A DNA stretch of 64,000 nt from the NCBI GenBank assembly GCA_030431775.1, contig JAUIHW010000003.1:109190-173189 (forward strand), given 5' to 3'. The stretch is from Gammaproteobacteria bacterium (GTDB lineage Bacteria; Pseudomonadota; Gammaproteobacteria; Pseudomonadales; JAUIET01). Shown one piece after another: positions 8,009-18,544 of the stretch. Numbering within the stretch: the stretch's first letter is position 1; each line of letters starts with the position of its first letter. The position numbers and the translations under genes are program-made. Under the pieces are notes generated by a model. It did not search any database. It was not told the DNA's origin and was given only the letters and a program-made list of their open reading frames with translations.

Positions 8009-8776
8009 TTATTCGTTAATTGCAAGCACGTGGTCAGCCCGGCTCAGGGCCTGGCCATGCGGGCCATACTGCTGTTCGTGAAAGCCCACCTGAGTGGCCG
8101 AGAAATACAACAGGCTGGTCGTACGAGTACCATATTCTTCTCCCGCAATAAAAATCGACGAGAGCTGGCGCTCAGCCTCGAGGCCCACTCCGGTTTGTGG
8201 CAGTAAGTGGTCATCCGCCTGAGTCGCATCACGCATAATCTCCAGTATTTGCTCCACGTCCAGCGTTTCGGTCCGTTGTTCCAAGTGCTGTTCCAGTAAC
8301 GCGACCCCTCGCGACATCTTGGGCCAATAGTCGTCAACCGGCCCATTGCTCAAAGCGTGGTAGCCAGGCGTAAGGTCGACAACAGACTCGGTAACGCTGT
8401 TATACACCTGCAGCCCATGCTGATCGCCAAACAGCAGATTAAACGGGTTGTAGCGCTTGCCCTCTGCGACTAACTGTTCGCGCAAGCCGGCGTCAGACGC
8501 ACACTGCAGATAGCGGCGTACCCATTCCCCCCGGCTGAGCGCGCCATCTCGAGTGAGCGCTGGATTGCGAATATTGGTAATAGCCGCCACCCGGCCGGCA
8601 CGGGAAACCGCCAGCCAACTGCCACCCGCCAGAAGGTCACGCCCGCCGAAGATGTCGGCGTGTTCGGGCCAGTAGTCAGCGTTTGCGCTTGGGCGGGCAA
8701 ACTGTTCGTCTCGGTTAGCGGCAATCACCAGGGGGAAACGCCTGTGTACACCAAGCGCAACGAACAATATGCACAC
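8009..8776 (-). CDS. NRDE family protein (TANGO2-like, predicted N-terminal-Cys hydrolase fold)
   Basis: The protein starts MCILFVALG and contains the name-giving motif VIAANRDEQF. Confidence 0.8.
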   Translation of the reverse strand: MCILFVALGVHRRFPLVIAANRDEQFARPSANADYWPEHADIFGGRDLLAGGSWLAVSRAGRVAAITNIRNPALTRDGALSRGEWVRRYLQCASDAGLREQLVAEGKRYNPFNLLFGDQHGLQVYNSVTESVVDLTPGYHALSNGPVDDYWPKMSRGVALLEQHLEQRTETLDVEQILEIMRDATQADDHLLPQTGVGLEAERQLSSIFIAGEEYGTRTTSLLYFSATQVGFHEQQYGPHGQALSRADHVLAINE

Positions 8777-8781
8777 TACGT

Positions 8782-9465
8782 TTAGCTCAGCCCACTGACA
8801 GGCAGCAATGCACCGTGCACGGCGCTGGCATTCTCCGAACCGAGAAAGCAGATGACATTGGCGAGATCACGTGGCGCCACCCATTTAGCCGGATCGGCAT
8901 CGGGCATGTCGGCGCGGTTGCGCGGCGTGTCAATCACGCTGGGTAATACCGCATTCACATTGATTCCCTGCTCCCGCAGCTCGCCGGAAAGACTTTCAGT
9001 CAAGCGCATTACCACGCTTTTGGACGCTGAATAGGCGGACATCATCGCGTTGCCCTGCAATGCGCCCATCGCTCCAACATTCACAATCTTGCCATGCCCC
9101 TGTTTCTGCAGCACCGGTACCACCGCTTTCAAGACATTGCGAAGAGTGCTGACATTGAGCTTGAACATTTCATCCCATTGCGCGTCGTCCTCAGCGTGGG
9201 TCGGTACCCCCATGGCAAAGCCACCGGCGAGATTAAACACAGCGTCAATCTGACCCAGCCCGGCAAAGCACTGCTGGCAGGCAGCCAGGTCACACAAGTC
9301 CAGCGCAACGGTGCGAGCAGATTCCAGGCCAGCAGGCAGTGGGTCGGGAAACCTCAAATCGAGCAGAATGAGTTCGGCTCCTTGCTCGGCAGCAACCAGG
9401 CTGACCGTCTGCCCCAGACCACCGCCGGCTCCAGTAATAACAACTCTTTTATTCTGCAAAATCAT
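8782..9465 (-). CDS. SDR family oxidoreductase
   Basis: The likely start is MILQNKRVVITGAGGGLGQ at 9465 (GGAG SD upstream), and YSASKSVV is present. The track ORF extends to 9582, but that N-terminus overlaps the upstream gene. Confidence 0.85.
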   Translation of the reverse strand: MILQNKRVVITGAGGGLGQTVSLVAAEQGAELILLDLRFPDPLPAGLESARTVALDLCDLAACQQCFAGLGQIDAVFNLAGGFAMGVPTHAEDDAQWDEMFKLNVSTLRNVLKAVVPVLQKQGHGKIVNVGAMGALQGNAMMSAYSASKSVVMRLTESLSGELREQGINVNAVLPSVIDTPRNRADMPDADPAKWVAPRDLANVICFLGSENASAVHGALLPVSGLS

Positions 9466-9485
9466 GGTTTCTCCAGTCCTCATTC

Positions 9486-10013
9486 CTATTTTTTTCCACC
9501 AGCCACTGCGTTGCTTACCATTAACTGGCGCGTGAAGCGCAAACCAATCGGGAACAGCAACAGCCAGATAAAAGCGATGCACGCCAAGGCCAGCTCGGTG
9601 AGCACACCAAATTTTGCTGCTCCCATTTGCACCGCCGCAAGATAAGTAAGCGGCGCAACCACTGCTGCCAACAGAGCAGCAAACACTGGGCTATCCTGCA
9701 AAGGTCTAAAAGCGATATTAAAGGTAGTCGCAAATAATGGCCATAGTGCAGTCATCCACAACGGTGTCACGTTGCCGGCGTCAACTGGAATCAGCACGCC
9801 TTCCCTGTACAAGGCATTGTCCACCGAGAAGCCAATCAGCGTGGCAACTGCCAGCAACACGATGGCCCGATATCGCTGCTTCTCAACATAAAAATAAGCC
9901 GCTAGAACCGCAACAAACACCAGCGCTGATATCCAATTACGCAATGCCACACAAGCAAACCAGCCCAGACTGTAAAGCGCGCCATTTAACAACATCAAAG
10001 GCATAGTCGGCAT
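9486..10013 (-). CDS. Small polytopic membrane protein, DUF2878-like
   Basis: There are four to five hydrophobic helices. The N-terminal LLNGALYSLGWFACVALRN matches my recollection of the DUF2878 signature; this was not verified by search. Confidence 0.5.
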   Translation of the reverse strand: MPTMPLMLLNGALYSLGWFACVALRNWISALVFVAVLAAYFYVEKQRYRAIVLLAVATLIGFSVDNALYREGVLIPVDAGNVTPLWMTALWPLFATTFNIAFRPLQDSPVFAALLAAVVAPLTYLAAVQMGAAKFGVLTELALACIAFIWLLLFPIGLRFTRQLMVSNAVAGGKK

Positions 10014-10018
10014 AACAG

Positions 10019-12481
10019 TTACTCATCCAGTTGTTGCAAACGAATTGTCTCTCCCAGCTGGTCTGCGACGATTTCGGCTTCACAAAACGCCATATCCACC
10101 CATTCTTTATCGGCGTACAAGCGGGTTTGGTCGTCGTAGTGCTCTGACGCCGAATGACTGGATTGCGAATAGCTCAACAGCGCATAGGCATTTGGACAAT
10201 CACTTTCGTCCCAGTCTACTGTTTGCATGTAGCTGTTACCGTGACGTATATCACTGTAGCCCTCATTTTCCACCAGTTCCGACGTAATCACACTGAACAT
10301 CATAGAACCGGAACCGCCGTGGATGGGGATGCGCACCCCGTTGCGCTCGCTAAATTGCACCTCACCCCAGGGAGCGTCCAGCGCGATGTTGTTATCCAAC
10401 AGTCGCTGCACCGCATCGGCCAGCGCCTGGCGCACCATTTCCACAAGCTCCGCATCCGCCACATTCAGAGTGTTCGGGGTACCAACTGGATCGGCGGCAT
10501 TAAACGGAACGGCCCAAAGATTTTCCTGACCGCTTATATTCAACCAGAACTCGTAGAACAGCTGGCCGCCCACACTGTCGACGTTGTGCCGCCCATCCCA
10601 GGCGGCCAGCACACTGCAAGCCTGATTCATTGCCGCTTCGTTCGCAGAATAGGGACTCCAGTCAGCCACGGCACCGCATAGAGTCACCACATCGTCCCGA
10701 ATCAATTCCGCCGGCATATTGCGACTGCCAAACATCAATTCCTGCAGCAGTTCGGCAGTCACCCCAGGGGCACCCAGGCCATCGGTACCAGCCAGGCGTT
10801 GCTCCATTTGGGTAAAAGTAAGCCGTGTGCGCTGGCTTTGTTCCACGCCCTCAGCCCCAATGATCTCTGGGTAGCCGCTTAGCAAACTCGACGGATTTGA
10901 CAGCCAATAACTGTCATTGGCATTCGCCACATAGGTCTGGTTGATAAGCTTAGGCAGGCGCTGGTAACCAATGACCCCGGGTTGCGGCGAATCCTGGTCT
11001 TCCAGCAATTCGCAAGCTGCCCGCGAGCCGTCCAGCGTGGTCAGCCCAAAATCCGTCAGTAGTGGTGCAATTGGCCCGGTAATACAATCGCCACGTTGCT
11101 CATCACTGACATTGGCAATAGCGGAAATGTCCCCGTAGAAAGCAGTACCAGCGCGGTCGGCCGCAATGGTATTCACCCAGGGAATACCAATATTGGAAAG
11201 TGCGGTTTCCAGCTCGGCAATATTGCGAGACTGCGCAACATTACGCCAGGTCGTCAAACCGCGAAAGTTGCTGAAGTTGATGTCGCGCAAAGTAAACACT
11301 TTGCCAGTACCGGCTGCTATTGGCCAACCGGCCAGCAGACTATTGACGTCACCCAAATCCAAAATTGGGCCGAAATGGGAAAAATAGAAGGTATGCTCAC
11401 GGGTCTCGACCGCACCACCGTCGCCCTGCACTTCAATACTGATGGTTTGACTCGTGATATCGCGCATCTCACCTTCGAATTCATATTGCAGCGGGTTGTC
11501 CGGGTTCAGGTCTAATTCGTAAATCACAAAGCGGCTGCCAGTCGACACGGTATGGGTCCAGGCCAGGTCGCTGTTGAAACCGATACTGACCAGGGGAAAG
11601 CCGTGCAAGGCAGCACCCATCGCGTTGTAAGTGGGTTGCTCCTCCCCCTCGGGTTTCATGGTCAAATGCACCATCGCAAAGCGATTGCTGCCCTCCCATG
11701 GAAAATGCGGGTTACCCAGCAGGGCCCCTCGACCATGCTGGGTTGCGTCGCTGCCTACTGCGTAGGCATTGCTGCCCAGATCCTCCGGTTTGGGCAGGTC
11801 GATTCGCTCGATGGCTTCACGCAGCGCCGCAGGATCCAGGGATTTCACGCTGGCTTTAGGCCTAGAGACCGCCGCCGCTTCAGCTTGCGGTGGCTCAGCT
11901 GCAAAAATAAAGTCTGCCAGCGGATCGGTACTGGCACGAACCGAAAGTTTGCGCAGCACTTTTCCGTAGTCCACCAAATCAATTGGCCTGACCCAGGGAG
12001 CATCCCGACAACCGAGCTCATCGTCCGGCAGGTTTCCAACGCCGGTATCCTCCAGATAGCGATTGAACCCGGCCACATAGCCCTCAGCCAGGGCCAGGGA
12101 TTCCTCGTCAAAGGCCGATAAAACCACTTCTTCGACGTCGTCACCCAGCAATGCAAACACGAAATCACGCGACACGCTGCCTTCATCGGCGAAGAAGCGT
12201 TGCGACTGACCATTGGCGATGACGACCTCTCGCATCAGCACACAGTAGTTATCCCGCGCGTAGGCATAGCCATGACCAAAACCCAGGCTGCCCCAATCAG
12301 CTGCGGCTACATGCGGCACGCCGTATTCAGTAATGCGAAGTTCCGCCTCATACAGCACTTCGGCTGGAGGCGGCGCGGGAGGAGGTGGTGTTGAGGGCTG
12401 GGCGTCATCCGAGCTACTGCTGCAACCCAGCAAGCCTCCCAAGCCAATTATTGCTGCACCAAGGGTTTGAACTGCTTTCAT
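10019..12481 (-). CDS. Penicillin/AHL-acylase family Ntn hydrolase, lipoprotein
   Basis: A lipobox signal (GLGGLLG-C-SSSSDD) is followed by a Pro-rich linker. YGVPHVAAADWGSLGFGHGYAYARDN marks the alpha subunit. The spacer ends at DLG-SNAYAVGS..GNPHFPW, placing the nucleophilic Ser at the beta-subunit N-terminus as in PvdQ/QuiP/aculeacin acylases. Confidence 0.85.
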   Translation of the reverse strand: MKAVQTLGAAIIGLGGLLGCSSSSDDAQPSTPPPPAPPPAEVLYEAELRITEYGVPHVAAADWGSLGFGHGYAYARDNYCVLMREVVIANGQSQRFFADEGSVSRDFVFALLGDDVEEVVLSAFDEESLALAEGYVAGFNRYLEDTGVGNLPDDELGCRDAPWVRPIDLVDYGKVLRKLSVRASTDPLADFIFAAEPPQAEAAAVSRPKASVKSLDPAALREAIERIDLPKPEDLGSNAYAVGSDATQHGRGALLGNPHFPWEGSNRFAMVHLTMKPEGEEQPTYNAMGAALHGFPLVSIGFNSDLAWTHTVSTGSRFVIYELDLNPDNPLQYEFEGEMRDITSQTISIEVQGDGGAVETREHTFYFSHFGPILDLGDVNSLLAGWPIAAGTGKVFTLRDINFSNFRGLTTWRNVAQSRNIAELETALSNIGIPWVNTIAADRAGTAFYGDISAIANVSDEQRGDCITGPIAPLLTDFGLTTLDGSRAACELLEDQDSPQPGVIGYQRLPKLINQTYVANANDSYWLSNPSSLLSGYPEIIGAEGVEQSQRTRLTFTQMEQRLAGTDGLGAPGVTAELLQELMFGSRNMPAELIRDDVVTLCGAVADWSPYSANEAAMNQACSVLAAWDGRHNVDSVGGQLFYEFWLNISGQENLWAVPFNAADPVGTPNTLNVADAELVEMVRQALADAVQRLLDNNIALDAPWGEVQFSERNGVRIPIHGGSGSMMFSVITSELVENEGYSDIRHGNSYMQTVDWDESDCPNAYALLSYSQSSHSASEHYDDQTRLYADKEWVDMAFCEAEIVADQLGETIRLQQLDE

Positions 12482-12697
12482 TTTCTATACTCCGTAAGTC
12501 ACCGCAGTCTACCCAAAGTTGCTTAAGGCGTCACCACAGCGGCTTCACCGACAGTAGATGAACGGAGCATGCAGGCGACACGCGACATTGGTCACAGAAA
12601 CGAAAAGCCTGTCACGGTTCGGCGGGCTACAACTGGAAGTTTTGCATTCTTCTTGTATGTTTATTAAACGACATTCACGGTTTACGAGATATTGACC

Positions 12698-13816
12698 ATG
12701 ACCAATAAACTGACCGCTTTAATTGCTGCTTCCGGCCTGTGCATGGCGATCACTGTACCCCCGGCTTATGCAGCGGCTGAAAACCAAAACGAAAATGAAC
12801 AAGAAGAGAACGTGCTGGACCTGGATGCCATCTGGGCAAGTTTGCAGCAGTATTTGGGCAGCTTCTTTGTTGAACAGAACAAGGAACGCATTGCCGAAGC
12901 ACTGGATGCCGCCAAGACCGCTGCTGAGAAACGCGAAAATGGGCAGCAAACAAAGCCTACAGTACCGACAGCACAAGCCCCTGCAACACCTGTAAACAAC
13001 TCGGTTCCGCAGGCGGATTGGACAGCGGCCGCCAACAATTACCGCAACACCCGTTGGGGTCGGCAATTTCAGTTTTCCTACGGCAATGACTCGACCACAA
13101 ACGCGAATCCGCCGCTAACACAGCAGCCTCAGACGACAGGCGCTACTGAACAAAGAAAGAGTCAGCCGACCCAAACCTACACCGTGCCACAAACCATTGG
13201 CGGCAGCAGCATTAGTGACCGCGGCATCGCAGCCTGGCCAACGTTCCAACCGAGCGTACCCACTGCGCGACCCAGCCGGGAAGCGCCAGAGGTTGTCGCC
13301 CGCAGCCCCTTCGGCGCTAACAATTCACCAACGCGATCAACCCCAGTGCAAAAACCGGCTCCACAGTCCAAACCTCAGCCTGTGGCAAAGCCCGAACCCC
13401 AGCCTGTACCAAAGTCCGAACCACAGCCTGTGGTGGCACAGCCCAAGCCGCAGCCTGCAGCAGAAGCCGATCAGGTGGCTCAGGTTCAGCCGGCACAGAA
13501 TCCACAACCCGTGCAGGAACCGGAGCCTATTCCCCAGCCGGAGCCAGTGGTTGGCGAAGCCAAATTATCCTGGAGCATCCCGACCAAGCGTGAAAATGGC
13601 GATGACCTCAGTCTGGCCGAAATCGCGGCCTACGAGATCTACGTTACTGCCGAAAACGCCGGCACCAACCAGACCATCCGGGTGGATAATCGAAACCAGA
13701 CTCAGTACACGGTGGAACCGCTGAGCGCCGACACCTACTACTTCTCCATGGTGACCATTGATGTGGAGGGCGTCTACAGCGAACTGTCGCAGGTGGTCAG
13801 CAAAACCATCGATTAA
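12698..13816 (+). CDS. Secreted protein with a P/Q-rich low-complexity linker and a C-terminal fibronectin-III-like beta-sandwich domain
   Basis: The signal peptide is MTNKLTALIAASGLCMAITVPPAYA-AA. The linker contains KPQPVAKPEPQPVPKSEPQPVVAQPKPQP (about 24-bp imperfect DNA repeats). The C-terminus LSWSIPTKRENGDDLSLAEIAAYEIYVTAE..YTVEPLSADTYYFSMVTIDVEGVYSELS is FN3-like. Confidence 0.6.
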   Translation: MTNKLTALIAASGLCMAITVPPAYAAAENQNENEQEENVLDLDAIWASLQQYLGSFFVEQNKERIAEALDAAKTAAEKRENGQQTKPTVPTAQAPATPVNNSVPQADWTAAANNYRNTRWGRQFQFSYGNDSTTNANPPLTQQPQTTGATEQRKSQPTQTYTVPQTIGGSSISDRGIAAWPTFQPSVPTARPSREAPEVVARSPFGANNSPTRSTPVQKPAPQSKPQPVAKPEPQPVPKSEPQPVVAQPKPQPAAEADQVAQVQPAQNPQPVQEPEPIPQPEPVVGEAKLSWSIPTKRENGDDLSLAEIAAYEIYVTAENAGTNQTIRVDNRNQTQYTVEPLSADTYYFSMVTIDVEGVYSELSQVVSKTID

Positions 13817-13824
13817 AACCCTGG

Positions 13825-13862
13825 CTGCGATCGATGTGAGACATATCTCACATCGATCGCAG
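13825..13862 (+). terminator. Perfect 17-bp-stem hairpin (4-nt loop) downstream of the FN3-like gene; no U-tract
   Basis: ctgcgatcgatgtgaga-cata-tctcacatcgatcgcag; every stem position pairs. It is followed by aaattgcc, so it is not a canonical intrinsic terminator. Confidence 0.35.
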
Positions 13863-14071
13863 AAATTGCCTCTCCACTTTGCCCGCCAGACTATGTATTC
13901 TGCTTGCAAGGATTGGGAGCACAGGGACGTCACTTTAATCTCTCCCGCATCTGGCACTTCCGTGCATATTTGTGAGCCAAGTCACAAATTTCCAGCTATC
14001 ATTACTTCTATGTGCAAGTCAGTACAGCGTTAGCGGCTTGCGCGTGATGGAATAAAAAGCTCAGGGAAATC

Positions 14072-15145
14072 ATGAAGATACTTGTAACTGGCGGTGCAGG
14101 GTTTATTGGCTCTGCGGTTGTGCGCCTGCTAATTCAACACACCGAGCACCAGGTGCTCAACGTTGACAAACTCACCTACGCCGGCAATCTGGAAAGCCTT
14201 ACCCCGATAAGCGACCATCCCAGATATCGCTTTTCTCAAGTCGATATATGCGATTCTGTGAAAATCGCCGAGCAGTTTGCTGACTTTCAGCCCGATGCGG
14301 TGATGCATCTGGCTGCTGAGTCGCATGTGGACCGCTCCATTGACGGCCCAGCCGCGTTTATTGAAAGCAATGTCATCGGTACCTATACCCTGCTGGAGGC
14401 GGCCCGGGCGCATTGGCTGGCGCTGCCGGAGCAACGGGCCGAGCAGTTTCGATTTCACCATATCAGTACCGACGAGGTATACGGCTCACTGGGGCCAGAG
14501 GGGTTGTTTCGTGAAGACAACCGCTATGAGCCAAACTCGCCCTATTCAGCCAGCAAGGCGTCCTCTGACCACCTGGTTCGCGCCTGGCATGCCACCTACG
14601 GCTTACCGATTGTGCTCACCAACTGCTCAAATAATTACGGCCCTTATCATTTCCCGGAGAAACTTATCCCGCTGACCATCTTGAACGCGCTGGAAGGCAA
14701 GCCCTTACCAGTGTACGGCGATGGCAAGCAGGTTCGCGACTGGCTGTACGTGGAAGACCATGCCCGCGCGCTGGTCACCGTGCTGAGCGAGGGTAAAGTG
14801 GGCGAAACCTACAATATCGGTGGGCACAACGAAAAGCAGAACATCGAGGTAGTACGTACCATCTGCAGCTTGCTGGAAGAGCTGGCTCCTAACAAGCCGG
14901 CTACAGTCAGCCATTACGAAGATCTGATCACCTTTGTTGCCGACCGACCCGGGCACGACGTTCGTTACGCCATTGATGCCGGCAAAATCGAGCGCGAGCT
15001 GGGCTGGAAGCCCCAGGAAACGTTTACCAGTGGCCTCAAAAAAACCGTGCAGTGGTATTTGCAGAACGAGGACTGGTGGCGCCACGTGCAGGACGGTTCT
15101 TACCAAGGCGAGCGTCTTGGTCTGGCCACTGCGGATCCGGTTTGA
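14072..15145 (+). CDS. rfbB: dTDP-glucose 4,6-dehydratase
   Basis: [24 protein letters not shown] and [14 protein letters not shown] are present. Confidence 0.95.
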   Translation: MKILVTGGAGFIGSAVVRLLIQHTEHQVLNVDKLTYAGNLESLTPISDHPRYRFSQVDICDSVKIAEQFADFQPDAVMHLAAESHVDRSIDGPAAFIESNVIGTYTLLEAARAHWLALPEQRAEQFRFHHISTDEVYGSLGPEGLFREDNRYEPNSPYSASKASSDHLVRAWHATYGLPIVLTNCSNNYGPYHFPEKLIPLTILNALEGKPLPVYGDGKQVRDWLYVEDHARALVTVLSEGKVGETYNIGGHNEKQNIEVVRTICSLLEELAPNKPATVSHYEDLITFVADRPGHDVRYAIDAGKIERELGWKPQETFTSGLKKTVQWYLQNEDWWRHVQDGSYQGERLGLATADPV

Positions 15146-15191
15146 GAAATTTGCCTAACACACTCGGATAATAAGAAAGGACTCCTAAGCC

Positions 15192-16070
15192 ATGAAAGGA
15201 ATAGTACTCGCCGGCGGTTCCGGCACACGCTTACACCCGGTGACCCGCGGCGTGTCCAAGCAGCTGCTCCCAGTGTACGACAAGCCGATGATCTACTACC
15301 CCTTGTCAACTCTGATGCTGGCCGGTATTCGCGACATTTTGATCATCTCCACACCGGTGGACTTGCCCTATTTCCAGCGCATGCTGGGGGATGGTAGCAA
15401 CCTCGGGGTTAATTTCGAATACGCCGAACAGCCCTCGCCGGACGGGCTCGCGCAGGCTTTTATCATTGGTGAAGAATTTATAGGCGACAGCTCAGTGTGC
15501 CTGGTGCTTGGCGACAATATTTTTTACGGCGAGCATTTCTCTACCACACTGGAACAGGCCGTCGCGCAGGATAAAGGCGCCACCGTATTCGGCTACCTGG
15601 TGGATGACCCTCAACGTTTTGGCGTCGTGGAATTCGACGCTAACGGTAAAGCCCTGTCAATTGAGGAAAAGCCCAAGCAGCCAAAATCTGACTACGCGGT
15701 AACCGGTCTGTACTTCTATGACAATGACGTGGTGGACATTGCCAAAAACATCGAACCCAGCGAGCGCGGCGAACTGGAGATTACCACGGTGAATTCTGTT
15801 TACCTGGATCGTGGTGATTTGACGGTCAAACGACTGGGGCGCGGCTTCGCCTGGCTGGACACCGGCACCCACGACAGCCTGATGGACGCAGGGCAGTTTG
15901 TACGCACGATTGAATTGCGCCAGGGCTTGAAAGTGGCCTGTCTGGAAGAAATTGCCTACCACCGTGGCTGGATCGGCCTGGAACATCTGCTGAACGAGGC
16001 CGAGCAACTTGGCAAAACCCAGTACGGCCAGTACCTGATGAAAGTAGCCAAAGGGAAAACAGCCGAATGA
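15192..16070 (+). CDS. rfbA: Glucose-1-phosphate thymidylyltransferase
   Basis: [39 protein letters not shown] is present. Confidence 0.95.
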   Translation: MKGIVLAGGSGTRLHPVTRGVSKQLLPVYDKPMIYYPLSTLMLAGIRDILIISTPVDLPYFQRMLGDGSNLGVNFEYAEQPSPDGLAQAFIIGEEFIGDSSVCLVLGDNIFYGEHFSTTLEQAVAQDKGATVFGYLVDDPQRFGVVEFDANGKALSIEEKPKQPKSDYAVTGLYFYDNDVVDIAKNIEPSERGELEITTVNSVYLDRGDLTVKRLGRGFAWLDTGTHDSLMDAGQFVRTIELRQGLKVACLEEIAYHRGWIGLEHLLNEAEQLGKTQYGQYLMKVAKGKTAE

Positions 16071-16618
16071 ATGTCATTGAAACCGCGCTGCCAGGCGTGT
16101 TAATTCTGGAGCCCAAAGTATTTGGTGACCATCGTGGCTTTTTTTTGGAGAGCTTTCGCCAGAATCAATTCGCCGAATTAGGTATTGACCTGGACTTTGT
16201 GCAGGACAATCACTCACGCTCGCAATACGGTGTACTGCGTGGTCTGCACTTTCAGATTACCCAGCCGCAGGGTAAGCTGGTGCGAGTGTCGCGTGGCAGT
16301 GTGTTTGACGTGGCCGTGGACATCAACCCGGATTCCGACACTTATGGGCAACACGTGGGCGTGGAACTGAACGATGACAACAACCGCCTGTTCTGGGTGC
16401 CACCCGGCTACGCGCATGGCTTTGTTGTGACCTCCGAGATCGCTGACTTTCAGTACAAATGCACGGCTTACTACAAGCCAGAGGACGAAGGCGGTGTGAT
16501 TTGGAATGACCCGGACATCGGTATTCAGTGGCCGGTCGCCGAACCAACACTGTCACAAAAAGACCTGGCCTTGCCACGGCTGAAAGACTACGCCGGCAAA
16601 GAACTTGTGGGTGCATGA
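16067..16618 (+). CDS. rfbC: dTDP-4-dehydrorhamnose 3,5-epimerase
   Basis: ..[34 protein letters not shown].. is present, and the gene has a 4-nt overlap with rfbA. Confidence 0.95.
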   Translation: MNVIETALPGVLILEPKVFGDHRGFFLESFRQNQFAELGIDLDFVQDNHSRSQYGVLRGLHFQITQPQGKLVRVSRGSVFDVAVDINPDSDTYGQHVGVELNDDNNRLFWVPPGYAHGFVVTSEIADFQYKCTAYYKPEDEGGVIWNDPDIGIQWPVAEPTLSQKDLALPRLKDYAGKELVGA

Positions 16619-17487
16619 TGCGCGTTCTGGTCAGCGGCGGTAAGGGCCAGCTTGGCTCAGAGTTCCCTGCGTTCACTAATGATTCCCGCGAATGCATTGC
16701 GCTGGGTTCAGATGCATTTAACATCTGTTCCAGCGATTCGATTAACCGGGCGCTTACTGAGTACCAGCCTGATGTCATCATCAACTGCGCGGCCTACACC
16801 GCGGTTGATAAAGCCGAGCAGGAAATTGAAGCCGCCTACGCCGTGAACCGCGATGGCGTGCACAATCTCGCCCAAGCCTGCGCCAACGACGATATCCCCC
16901 TGTTACACATTTCAACCGACTACGTGTTCAGTGGCAGCAAAGCAAGCCCGTATGTGGAAGCCGACCCGACTGATCCGCAAGGGGTATATGGCGCTTCCAA
17001 GTTGGCCGGCGAGCAGGCGCTGCAGCAGACCTGGGAAAAACATATTATCTTGCGCGTGAGCTGGGTGTTTGGTCAGTACGGGCACAATTTTGTGAAAACC
17101 ATGCTTCGCCTTGGTAGTGAACGCAATGAGCTGGGCGTGGTAGCGGACCAGCACGGCGCACCCACTGCGGCTCGTTCAATTGCCGAAAACTGCCTGACTG
17201 TTGCTGCACAGATGGCCGCCGGCGAGCTTGACTGGGGTATCTACCACCTGCCCAGCCTGCCACACACCACCTGGTATGCTTTTGCCGAGCGAATATTCTC
17301 CCGCAGTGTGGAATTCGGTTTGCTTGAAACAGCGCCAACTGTGAACGTCATTGCCACCAGCGACTACCCCACCCCGGCCGCGCGGCCTGCTAACTCGATG
17401 CTGCTCAGCAACCAGCCCATCGCCGGCATGCAAGCCTGTGACTGGCCAGCGGAACTGGACCGGGTATTGCACGCCTTAAAAGTCTGA
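16615..17487 (+). CDS. rfbD: dTDP-4-dehydrorhamnose reductase
   Basis: The start ATGATG at 16615 overlaps the rfb[40 protein letters not shown] is present. The longer N-terminus in the track (16528) lies inside rfbC. Confidence 0.9.
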   Translation: MMRVLVSGGKGQLGSEFPAFTNDSRECIALGSDAFNICSSDSINRALTEYQPDVIINCAAYTAVDKAEQEIEAAYAVNRDGVHNLAQACANDDIPLLHISTDYVFSGSKASPYVEADPTDPQGVYGASKLAGEQALQQTWEKHIILRVSWVFGQYGHNFVKTMLRLGSERNELGVVADQHGAPTAARSIAENCLTVAAQMAAGELDWGIYHLPSLPHTTWYAFAERIFSRSVEFGLLETAPTVNVIATSDYPTPAARPANSMLLSNQPIAGMQACDWPAELDRVLHALKV

Positions 17488-18282
17488 GTCCGGCCAATCA
17501 CCACTGACCGTGGCACCCCACTGGGGTGCGCGTTTCTCGAAAAATGCAACCCCGCCTTCCAGCGCATCCGGCTTACGCATGCTGTAGTTCAGCGCAAAAG
17601 TCTCACCGGAAAGCGCATTGTCCATGGATGCCGAAAGCCCCTGCCACAACAGTTTTTTATGCAGACCGGCCACCAGCGGTGAACAGTTGAGCGCAATATC
17701 ACGGGCAATTTCCAGCGCGGTGTCCAGTACCTGGCTGGCCGGCACACAGCGCGACGCCAAACCAAATTCCATCAGTTCACGGCCACTCAGCCGGGGCGCG
17801 CGAACCAGCAGTTCAAAAGCGCGCTCAAAACCGACCAGGCGCGGCAGCACATAAGTCATGCCGAAATCTGTCACCACGCCACGTCGGTTTTGCAGAAAAC
17901 CGTATTTAGCTTCTTCCGCAACCACGCGCAAATCGCATTGTGCCGCAATACCCAGGCCTACCCCGATAGCGTGCCCATTACAGGCCGCGATCACCGGCTT
18001 GCGCACATCCCAGGCCTGCATAGAGAGCGGGCAGGACGGCGTGTCCTGTCGATCAGTGCTGTCAAAAGTATGGCCACCATCGGATAGATCCGCCCCGGCA
18101 CAGAACGCCTTGCCAGCCCCGGTAACCACCACAACCCGCACGGCATCATCTTCATCACAGTCTTTATAAGCCGCGCCCAGCCCGTCCATCAGCTCATTGT
18201 TGAAGGTATTGAGCGCTTCGGGGCGATTCAGGGTGATAACGGCAATATCGTCATTTTTTTCAAATTTAATCGTGTCGGACAT
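17476..18282 (-). CDS. Enoyl-CoA hydratase/isomerase (crotonase) family
   Basis: The start MSDTIKFEKNDDIAVITLNRPEALN is at 18282 (AAGGAAA SD upstream), and VVVVTGAGKAFCAGADL is present. The 3' end overlaps the rfbD 3' end by 12 nt in convergent orientation. Confidence 0.9.
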   Translation of the reverse strand: MSDTIKFEKNDDIAVITLNRPEALNTFNNELMDGLGAAYKDCDEDDAVRVVVVTGAGKAFCAGADLSDGGHTFDSTDRQDTPSCPLSMQAWDVRKPVIAACNGHAIGVGLGIAAQCDLRVVAEEAKYGFLQNRRGVVTDFGMTYVLPRLVGFERAFELLVRAPRLSGRELMEFGLASRCVPASQVLDTALEIARDIALNCSPLVAGLHKKLLWQGLSASMDNALSGETFALNYSMRKPDALEGGVAFFEKRAPQWGATVSGDWPDSDF

Positions 18283-18544
18283 TCTATTTTTCCTTTTGTG
18301 GATAATCTCACCGCCCTCACTAATCAGTGCCGGTGCTTCCTGAACCATTCGTGACTGCTACCGGACACATTGTCGCCCAGCAGGCTTTTGGCAGGCAACA
18401 TATGGCAAGGCGTTTATAGCCATGCGGTTGCACACGGCTGGCCATCTTCGGGGGTTTATTGTTTTACGCACTCAGTCCGCCTCAGCGGTTTCAGCCGAGT
18501 ATAATACCCGGCCAATCAATTCGCAGCGCCCCGGAGTACCCCGC

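Noticed and set aside
17476-17487. 12-nt convergent overlap of the rfbD and crotonase 3' ends, with a GCACCCC-act-GGGGTGC hairpin at 17511-17527 inside the crotonase coding region
   Set aside because: Short convergent overlaps are common in compact genomes. The hairpin is short and lies within coding sequence, so there is no evidence for a special function.
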